Assembly (NCBI GenBank): GCA_964016885.1
Contig: OZ024740.1
Span: forward strand, 215,140,001 to 215,204,000
Length of the DNA stretch: 64,000 nt
Direction: 5' to 3'
Source: Eledone cirrhosa
Taxonomy: Eukaryota
A program made the position numbers and the translations under genes. The notes below the pieces were generated by a model. The model saw nothing but the letters and a program-made list of their open reading frames with translations. It was not told the origin of the DNA and did not search any database. Below, piece after piece: positions 1 through 64,000 of the stretch; within the stretch, counting starts at the first letter, position 1; each line of letters starts with the position of its first letter.

Positions 1-195
1 CCCTGATGAACACCAACTTTTACACTAAATTCTTCACTATATTCGTTGTTAATTCTAACTTTGCTGACTGTTTCTTTATACATGGCTTGTAAAGCTCTCA
101 CAAGCCATTCATCAACCCCTAGTTTTCTAAGGGCCCACCAGATAATGCCGCGGGGGCTCTGTCAAATGCTTTCTCCAAGTCAACAAAAGCTAAGG
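1..195 (-). mobile_element. RTE-clade LINE reverse transcriptase fragment (frameshifted)
   Basis: Minus strand reads LAFVDLEKAFDR/..RGIIWWALRKLGVDEWLVRALQAMYKETVSKVRINNEYSEEFSVKVGVHQG with a 1-nt frameshift. Confidence 0.9.
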
Positions 196-420
196 GTTTA
201 TTTGCATGTAGATATGCAGGTAATCTGTGCACATATGCATATGCAGATAATGTGTATGTGCAAGTGTACATGTGGATATACAAATGATGTATGTATCTGC
301 ATATGCAGGTAATGTGTGTATGTATGCATGTGCATATGCAAATGATGTATGTGTATGTGGATATACAGAGGTTGTATGTATGTGTATGTGGATGTGCAAA
401 GGATGTGTGTGTGTTAATGA
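196..420. repeat. Degenerate (TG/TA)-rich microsatellite
   Basis: Low-complexity atgtgtatgt-type sequence. Confidence 0.85.
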
Positions 421-884
421 TAACAAATGAAAGAAAGTACTCAATGCTGACAATTTAACTAATTTATCCTAAACGGACGGTAGTCCGTTTAGTAAATATT
501 GTTGTGGTCGTGTTTTCGTTGGCAATCGTCTGTTTACGACAGTACAGCGCGGCTCTACTTTATTTAAATGAGATAAAACTTATATGAGCATGAACAGTAG
601 ATCATTACGCATCTTTTGGCTTAAAAATCTAAAAATTTGGTCCAGCGGGAAAAAGTTTATAATCAAAGTTTGCTGATAAATCTTGTGTTCAAGTGAGTGA
701 GTAGTAAGCGTGACGCTAGGGGAGGTAATCCAGAAATGACATAGCTTTGTCATTAAGCCAGTTGCCTCAGCTAGATTGCAATTATACTCAAAAGAACTTT
801 AAAATGTCAATCACTTGTCAGTAATTCACTATGATCATTTAATTATTAGATAGTTGTTGCTTGCATTGCCTTAAAAAATAGTAA

Positions 885-1979
885 ACCAGATAGAAAAATG
901 CGTACAGCAAAAAAAAGTAATATTGTTGGAATATAAACCTTTAAAAATACAGGACAAGAAACTAAAATAAAACTTTTAAAAAATAGGACAAGAAACTAAG
1001 ATAAAACTTTAAAAGAATAGGACAAGAAACTAAGATAAAACTTTAAAGAATTGGACAAGAAATAAAAAATTTTACAATAATATTAGTGGCAAAATTTTTT
1101 TATTCGTTTCCTGTGCTATGCCCCAGTATCTTCTTGATTAGTGCATAATAATTGTCATGCTCTCATTGTGCGTTGCCCCTGAGGGGTTGGTTCTGGTTGG
1201 GGTTGGTTGGCTGAGCAGTTCTGCTCCGTCAGAATGACCATTGCAAGAAGAATTGGCCGATGCAGCTGCAGGTCTCCTCCAAGAATGCACTTCTGGTCCC
1301 GCAACACCAGACGAAGATGGAGAAGATGACCGGGACAAGATGTCGACTCTGACCACCGACTACGCCACCTCCCTCAACCACCGGTCCTCCCTCCCTCTGT
1401 CCCGTCATCCCTCCAGTCCTCCTGTTCCCCCTTCCTGTACCAGAAAGCTGTGGCACGCATTCATCTGGACTGCTGGACTTGAACTCAAAGACAAGATGCA
1501 AGGAGAAGATGGACGGGTTGGTCAAGATCAAGGATGAGCGGGACAACAAGACCGTCTGCTGCTGCTCAAGATCTGTGCTCATGGGCCCATGGGTCCATTC
1601 ACATTATGCATGACACATGAGGCGTGTCGCCGAATGATGAAATAGGGGTATGGTTATGGCCCAATTGGTGTTCAAACCAGGATCAAATGATCCCCCCGGT
1701 CTGACGACGACCTCTGAATGTGGAACCCAGAGCCTATGAATGTGGAACTCGATTTTTTACCAATAAAAATTTTGCCGCTAATATTATTGTAAAATTTTTT
1801 ATTTCTTGTCCAATTCTTTAAAGTTTTATCTTAGTTTCTTGTCCTATTCTTTTAAAGTTTTATCTTAGTTTCTTGTCCTATTCTTTTAAAGTTTTATTTT
1901 AGTTTCTTGTCCTGTATTTTTAAAGGTTTATATTCCAACAATATTACTTTTTTTTGCTGTACGCATTTTTCTATCTGGT
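885..1979. mobile_element. Foldback-like non-autonomous DNA element with ~215-bp TIRs containing ~30-bp tandem subrepeats
   Basis: 885-~1100 (accagatagaaaaatgcgtacagc...) is the near-perfect reverse complement of ~1762-1979; each arm has 3-4 ggacaagaaactaagataaaacttt units; no clear TSD. Confidence 0.8.
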
Positions 1980-2389
1980 AACATCATGTGTACTGATCTC
2001 TCGGACTTTTACGATATAAAGAGTGATGTACTCATGCACAGATATGCTATAAAATAACTTATAAAATAGGGTGAAGCCCCTTCACGACAGAGAAAGAAGT
2101 TGCTATTAGTAACATCTAATGGTAACCACTTTCTCCATCTTTAAGTTATTTTCCAGCATCTCCACACATGGGCACACCTCTCTCTATATCAATTTAATTT
2201 AGTCAGCCAAATTAAATGGTGACAATAACACTACATAGAATATTAATCACCATTTAACATCCAGTTTCTACACTAGCATGGGTTAAATGTGAAATCAGTT
2301 CATTTATTAATTGTTTCCATTCAATGATCCTTTGATGAAGTATAAAAATTACCAATGGTAATTTCATATTAGATATGTCTGAAATTATG

Positions 2390-2515
2390 GAAGAGGAAAA
2401 GCCAGGAAATCTTGGGATAATTTGTTAAAAGCAGACTTGACAGATTTAAGACTCTCAAAAGAGATGATACAGGATCAAGTTCTTGGATGTTATACCATAC
2501 TACAGAAGACCTGCC
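2390..2515 (+). mobile_element. Decayed RTE LINE ORF2 3' end
   Basis: ..KSWDNLLKADLTDLRLSKEM.. resembles the KTWDDLINFDLTHLHLTKTM end of other RTE copies in the window. Confidence 0.6.
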
Positions 2516-2844
2516 TCTTCATATATACAAAATGAAGGAGAGTCTGTAACAATGTCACTCATACATCTCCCCAGCTTAACACTCACCCATCTCCCACTTT
2601 CATTACCCTAGTACCCCACATTACACCTCCTCCATCCACCTTCCACATCCAACAACTCCCACTATAATGAAAAGGCAGCCCTCTTCTCCCTCCACCTCCT
2701 TCCAACATGGAAAGACAAGCCCCACTTCTCATGGGTCATGGTCCCTATTGTGACATCTATTCACTTTGTCCTGTATTTAGGTTGATTTGCTTGTCTCATC
2801 AGTTCCACATAAAGGAGGTACAGATAAAACTTTGTTCTGCTTAT

Positions 2845-3062
2845 AAGGATCGATCGACTTTCGTCAAATCGGACAGAAGAAACAATGTTTTCGTCGGTCT
2901 TTCCAATTGCTAATACTATCTATCGATCGCACTCCAGGTAGAAGGAGCAACATAAAATAAAGTGTCTTGCTCAAGGACATAACGTATTGCTCGGTTCAGG
3001 AATCGAACTCAAAATCCCAAGATTGTGAATCCAATTCTCTAACCACTCAGCCACAAGCCTTC
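2845..3062 (-). mobile_element. tRNA-derived SINE with CORE-like block (family also at ~26545-26785, 48700-48980, 51150-51305)
   Basis: Minus strand: tRNA-like head (tggctgagtggttag..gagttcgattcc) then ccttgagcaagacactttattt. Confidence 0.8.
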
Positions 3063-3088
3063 AGTCTGTTTATAAGAGACAATGTAAT

Positions 3089-3297
3089 TACCGTAAATAC
3101 TCTAATATAAGCCAAGGAATATGTGACCTAAACATTGATGGTAAAATTGGGGTAAGGGGTTGGCTTATATACACCATCTAAACATGTTGATTAGCTGCCT
3201 TGGCGTATGAGATTTGGATGCTTGCCCCTTTCTCAGACATAAAATAAGAGGGGGTGGGGAAGTTTAGATTTGTGTTGACTTATATTCAAGTATATTA
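3089..3297. mobile_element. Tigger/pogo-like MITE (related copies ~53350-53543, ~58568-58757, ~62398-62581)
   Basis: TIR taccgtaaatactc..atataagcc / (g)gcttatattc(a/g)agtatatacggta shared among the copies. Confidence 0.7.
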
Positions 3298-3409
3298 AAG
3301 GGACAAAGATTCTAGGGCCGGGTATTTTTATGGCACTGACTCACTAATGGTGGAGAATATTGATGGGAAAGATACATATGGTTTGCTTTTCATAAAAATA
3401 TAACAAGCA

Positions 3410-6400
3410 TAGAAAAACTATATAATACCATAGTAACACTATAGTACCATAGTAACAGTATGTAGTACCATAGCAAGAGTATGTAATACCATAGCAACAG
3501 TATATAGTACCATAGCAACAGTAAATAATACCATAGCAACAGTAAATAGTACCATAGTAACAGTATGTAGTACCATAGTAACAGTATGTAGTACCATAGT
3601 AACAGTATGTAGTACCATAGTAACAGTATGTAGTACCATAGTAACAGTATATAGAACCATAGTAACACTATAGTACCATAGTAACAGTATATAGTACCAT
3701 AGTAAAACTATAGTACAATAGTAACAGTATATAGTACCATATTAACAATATATAGTACCATAGTAACAGTATATATTACCATAGTAATAGTATATAGTAC
3801 CATAGTAACACTATAGTACCATATTAACAGTATTTGGTACCATAGTAACAATATATAGTACCATAGTAACATTATAGTACCATAGTAACATTATAGTACC
3901 ATAGTAACAGTATATAGTACCATAGTAACAGTATGTAGTACCATAGTAACACTATAGTACCATAGTAACACTATAGTACCATAGTAACAGTATATAGTAC
4001 CATAGTAACAGTATATAGTACCATAGTAACAATATATAGTACCATAGTAACAGTATATAGTACCATCGTAACAGTATATAGCACCATAGTAACAGTATAT
4101 ATTACCATATAAACAGTATAGTACAATAGTAACATTATAGTAACATAGTAACACAATATTACCATAGTAACAGTATAGTACCATAGTAACAATATAGTAC
4201 CATAGTAACAGTATATAGCACCATATTAACAGTATATAGTACCATAGTAACAGTATAGTTCCATAGTAACACTGTAGTACCAAAGTAACACTATAGTACC
4301 ATAGTAACACTATAGCACCATAGTAACACTATAGTACCATAGTAACAGTATATAACACCATAATAACAGTATAGAACCATAGTAACAGTATAGTACCATA
4401 GTAACAGTATATAGTACAATAGTAACATTATAGTGCCATAGTAACAGTATACAGTACCATAGTAACAATATATAGTACCATATTAACAATATCTAGTACC
4501 ATAGTAACACTATATAGTACCATATTAACAGTATGTAGTACCATATTAACAGTATGTAGTACCATAGTAACAATATATAGTACCATAGGAACAGTATATA
4601 GAACCACAGTAACACTATAGTACCAAAGTAACACTATAGTACCATAGTAACAGTATATAGAACCATAGTAACAGTATATAGTATCATAGTAACACTATAG
4701 TACCATAGTAACAATATATAGTACCATAGTAACAATATATAGTACCATAGTAACAATATATAGTACCATAGTAACAATATATAGTACCATAGTAACAGTA
4801 TATAGTACCATCGTAACAGTATATAGCACCATAGTAACAGTATATAGTACCATAGTAACAGTATATATTACCATATAAACAGTATAGTACCATAGTAACA
4901 CTATAGTACCATAGTAACAGTATTTTGCACCGTATTAACAGTATAGTACCATAGTAACATAATAGTACCATAGTAACAGTATATAGTACCATAGTAACAA
5001 GATAGTACCATAGTAACAAGATAGTACCATAGCAACAAGATAGTACCATAGTAACAAGATAGTACCATAGTAACACTACAGTACCTTAGTAACACTATAG
5101 TACCATTTTAACACTATAGTACCATAGTAACAGTATGTAGTACCATAGTAACACTATAGTTCCATAGTAACAGTATATAGTACCGTAGTAACACTATAGT
5201 ACAATAGTAACAGTATATAGTACCATATTAACAGTATATAGTACCATATTAACAATATATAGTACCATATTAACAATATATAGTACCATAGTAACAGTAT
5301 ATATTACCATAGTAACAGTATAGAGTACCATAGTAACACTATGGTACCATATTAACACTATTTGGTACCATGGTAACAGTATGTAGTACCATAGTAACAG
5401 TATATAGTACCATAGTAACAGTATATAGTACCATAGTATCATTATAGTACCATGGTAACAGTATAGTACCATAGTAACAGTATATAGTACCATCGTAACA
5501 GTATATAGCACCATAGTAACAGTATATATTACCATATAAACAGTATAGTACCATAGTAGCACTATAGTACCATAGTAACAGTATATAGCACCATATTAAC
5601 AGTATATAGTACCATAGTAACAGTATAGTTCCATAGTAACACTATAGTACCATAGTAACACTAGAATACCATAGTAACAGTATATAGTACCATGGTAACA
5701 GTATAGTACCATAGTAACAGTATATAGTACTATAGTAACACTATAGTGCCATAGTAACAGTATTTAGTACCATAGTAACAGTATAGTACCATAATAAAAG
5801 TATATAGTACCTTAGTAAAAGTATAGTAACATAGTAACAGTATAGTACCATAGTAACAGTATATAACACCATAGTAACAGTATATAGTACCATAGTAACA
5901 GTATATAGTACCATAGTAACACTATAGTACCATAGTAACACTATAGTACAATAGTAACAATATATAGTACCATAGTAAGAGTATATAGTACCACAGTAAC
6001 ACTATAGTACCATAGTAACAGTATATAGTACCATAGTAACACTATAGTACCATAGTAACAGTATATAGCACCATATTAACAGTATATAGTACCATATTAA
6101 CAGTATAGTTCCATAGTAACACTATAGTACCATAGTAACACTATAGTACCATAGTAACACTATAGTACCATAGTTACAGTATAGTACCATAGTAACACTA
6201 TAGTACCATAGTAACACTATAGTACCATAGTAACAGTATAGTACCATAGTAACACTATAGTACCATAGTAACACTATAGTACTATAGTAACACTATAGTA
6301 CTATAGTAACACTATAGTGCCATAGTAACAGTATGTAGTACCATAGTAACACTATAGTACCATAGTAACACTATAGTACCATAGTAACAGTATATAGTAC

Positions 6401-8912
6401 CATAGTAACAGTATATAGTACCATAGTATCATTATAGTACCATGGTAACAGTATAGTACCATAGTAACAGTATATAGTACTATATTAACACTATAGTGCC
6501 ATAGTAACAGTATTTAGTACCATAGTAACACTATAGTGCCATAGTAACAGTATATAGTACCATAGTAACAGTATATAGTATCATAGTAACAGTATAGTAC
6601 CATAATAACAGTATATAGTACCTTAGTAATAGTATAGTACCATAGTAACAGTATATAACACCATAGTAACAGTATAGAACCATAGTAACAGTATATAGTA
6701 CCATAGTAACGTTATAGTGCCATAGTAACAGTATATAGTACCATAGTAACAGTATATAGTACCATAGTAACAATATATAGTACCATAGTAAGAGTATATT
6801 GTACCAAAGTAACACTATAGTACCATAGCAACAGTATATAGAACCATAGTATCAGTATATAGTACCATAGTAACACTATAGTAGCATAGTAACACTATAG
6901 TACCATAGTAACACTATAGTAGCATAGTAACACTATAGTACCATAGTAACAGTATATAGTACCATAGTAACACTATAGTACCATAATAACAGTATATAGT
7001 ATCATAGTAACACTATAGTACCAGAGTAACAGTATAGTACCATAATAACAGTATATAGTACCTTAGTAAAAGTATAGTACCATAATAACACTATAGTACC
7101 AGAGTAACAGTATATAACACCATAGTAACAGTATAGATCCATAGTAACAGTATAGAACCATAGTAACAGTATAGTAACATAGTAACAGTATAGTAACATA
7201 GTAACAGTATATAGTACCATAGTAACATTATAGTACCATAGTAACAGTATATAGTACCATAGTAACACTATAGTATCATAGTAACACTATAGTACAATAG
7301 TAACAATATATAGTACCATAGTAAGAGTATATAGTACCACAGTAACACTATAGTACCATAGTAACAGTATATAGTACCATAGTAACACTATAGTACCATA
7401 GTAACAGTATATAGCACCATATTAACAGTATATAGTACCATATTAACAGTATAGTTCCATAGTAACACTATAGTAACATAGTAACAATATAGTACCATAG
7501 TAACACTATAGTACCATAGTAACACCATAGTAACAGTATAGTACCATAGTAACACTATAGTACTATAGTAACACTATAGTACTATAGTAACACTATAGTG
7601 CCATAGTAACAGTATGTAGTACCATAGTAACACTATAGTACCATAGTAACAGTATATAGTACCATAGTAACAGTATATAGTACCATAGTAACAGTATACA
7701 GTACCATAGTATCATTATAGTACCATGGTAACAGTATAGTACCATAGTAACAGTATATAGTACTATATTAACACTATAGTGCCATAGTAACAGTATTTAG
7801 TACCATAGTAACACTATAGTGCCATAGTAACAGTATATAGTATCATAGTAACAGTATAGTACCATAATAACAGTATATAGTACCTTAGTAATAGTATAGT
7901 ACCATAGTAACAGTATATAACACCATAGTAACAGTATAGAACCATAGTAACAGTATATAGTACCATAGTAATGTTATAGTACCATAGTAACGTTATAGTG
8001 CCATAGTAACAGTATATAGTACCATAGTAACAGTATATAGTACCATACTAACAGTATGTAGTACCATAGTAACACTATAGTACCATAGTAACAATATATA
8101 GTACCATAGTAAGAGTATATTGTACCAAAGTAACACTATAGTACCATAGCAACAGTATATAGAACCATAGTATCAGTATATAGTACCATAGTAACACTAT
8201 AGTAGCATAGTAACACTATAGTACCATAGTAACACTATAGTAGCATAGAAACACTATAGTACCATAGTAACAGTATATAGTACCATAGTAACACTATAGT
8301 ACCATAGTAACAGTATATAGTATCATAGTAACACTATAGTACCAGAGTAACAGTATAGTACCATAATAACAGTATATAGTACCTTAGTAAAAGTATAGTA
8401 CCATAATAACACTATAGTACCAGAGTAACAGTATATAACACCATAGTAACAGTATAGAACCATACTAACAGTATAGAACCATAGTAACAGTATAGTAACA
8501 TAGTAACAGTATAGTAACATAGTAACAGTATATAGTACCATAGTAACATTATAGTACCATAGTAACAGTATATAGTACCATAGTAACACTATAGTACCAT
8601 AGTAACACTATAGTACCATAGTAACAGTATAGTAACATAGTAACAGTATAGTAACATAGTAACAGTATAGTAACATAGTAACAGTATATAGTACCATAGT
8701 AACAGTATATAGTACCATAGTAACATTATAGTACCATAGTAACAGTATATAGTACCATAGTAACACTATAGTACCATAGTAACACTATAGTACCATAGTA
8801 ACAATATATAGTACCATAGTAACAGTATATAGTACCACAGTAACACTATAGTAGCATAGTAACACTATAGTATCATAGTAACAGTATATAGTACCATAGT
8901 AACACTATATAG
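3410..8912. repeat. 5.5-kb minisatellite of mixed 19- and 21-bp units (tagtaccatagtaacacta / tagtaccatagtaacagtata)
   Basis: Direct reading; higher-order blocks are present (7002-7268 recurs at 8323-8589). Confidence 0.98.
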
Positions 8913-8929
8913 TAAGAAGTAATACTCAC

Positions 8930-62797
<53,868 letters not shown>

Positions 62798-63319
62798 CTG
62801 TGCAATAAATTCAAAGAATGTTCATGGCATTGTTTTAGATAAATGAAAAATAATATAGAAATATAGACAAGATGATTGGATAACACCCATAAACTTGGTT
62901 GGTCTTGCTTAAGGATCCAGTAAGGACCATTTACAGAGTCTCTTTTGATAGGATCCCCTGGAAGGAATGTCAGAGGACTCTGTCCCAACTCTCTCAGGAG
63001 TAAGTGGTAAAGGGGGAAGAAGAGAGAGAGGAGTCTATGGTTTACACAGTGGAAGAAGGTGGGGTGTGTATAACCTTCTTTAGGGCCTCAATGACTGCTC
63101 AATGACTAAGAAGAATGGAGGGGGGGGGGGGGGGGGTAGTTATATCCTCAGCCTAAAGACCTGCTCCATTGCTTGTAACAGAGTGAACACCACAGTAATC
63201 ATCAAATGGCCAGGTGGTGGCTTTATGCCAGGTGACAGATTAAGTCTGCCTCCCACAAAACACAAGCTTCCAAACAAATATCTGTCTCTCAAATTTCACT
63301 TACAAAGCTATTGTCAATT

Positions 63320-63400
63320 TGTGGCTATAGTTGACCTGTGGCTATAGTTGACCTGTGGCTATAGTTGACCTGTGGCTATGGTTGACCTGTGGCTATAGTT
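63320..63400. repeat. 17-bp tandem repeat, ~5 copies
   Basis: tgtggctatagttgacc. Confidence 0.9.
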
Positions 63401-63636
63401 AAAGACACTTTCCCAAAGCACCATTGTGTGGGACCACACCTTATGAAATATAGACCTTAACCACAGTAAAGCTTATGCCAATGTTTTTATTCATATCCTA
63501 TTATATTTATCAATCATCAGTACATCTTCGATCAAATTTATTCCTTCCACAACTAAAAATCAATGCAGTAGTTCTGCTTTGAAATTTTTCAAGATTTAAA
63601 ACATAAATAAATCTAAGTTAAATTCTATAAATATAT

Positions 63637-63780
63637 GTTGGTGTTAGGAAGGGCATCCAGCCGTAGAAAACCTGCCAGATAGTCCTATATGAGCGAGACA
63701 CGGTCACCCAACCAACCTTGCCTCAAGTGGGACAACTCCCGTCTAACCCATGCTAGTGTGGAAGATGGATGTTAAACGAA

Positions 63781-63812
<32 letters not shown>
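63637..63812 (+). mobile_element. RTE LINE 3' tail fragment
   Basis: Nearly identical to 23173-23338; (GAT)n tail. Confidence 0.85.
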
Positions 63813-63813
<1 letters not shown>

Positions 63814-64000
63814 ATATCAGTTTACACCCATAATAGAATATTCTTGATATTTCTGTTAAGAAATACCTTTTAAAAGAAAGTGTTAAATAATTGTTTCTAT
63901 CTTTGGCACAAGGCCATCAATAACCCAGTACATTACTGGTACTTTATTTTATCGTCCCCCGTAAGGATGAAAGGCAAAGTTAACCTCGGCGGGATTTGAA

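Noticed and set aside
1241-1537. 98-aa ORF as a stand-alone gene
   Set aside because: No recognisable homology, non-ATG start, and located inside an inverted-repeat element; kept only as possible cargo.
3390-8589. Many Tyr/Leu/Val-rich ORFs (MVLYTVT, LLLWYY)
   Set aside because: Translations of the 19/21-bp minisatellite.

Overview
Eukaryotic, AT-rich, repeat-dense genomic DNA. The SINE/LINE repertoire suggests an octopod cephalopod, which is my inference. The whole window lies inside one minus-strand gene, RELCH (KIAA1468; LisH, coiled-coil and HEAT-repeat RAB11-binding protein). I reconstructed 16 phase-compatible coding exons from 62797 down to 8930 (~660 codons), plus a candidate 7-nt microexon at 32420-32426. 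The 5' and 3' ends of the gene are outside the window. About a third of the window is intronic satellite DNA: a 19/21-bp array (5.5 kb), a 55-bp array (9.4 kb), a G-rich 15/18-bp array (3.5 kb), and 84-, 51-, 48- and 96-bp arrays. The rest of the introns holds tRNA-derived SINEs, RTE/CR1/CRE LINE fragments, MITEs, a foldback-like element and a rearranged small LTR element with a tRNA-Trp primer-binding site. There is no CRISPR array or prokaryotic system, and I cannot demonstrate a new biological system. The best leads are (1) the frame-restoring microexon enclosed by inverted SINEs, (2) a tandem array that copies an exon end and its splice donor, (3) the internally inverted TRIM-like LTR element, and (4) satellites that grew out of mobile-element motifs. 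Homology statements rest on my recall of these families, not on database searches.
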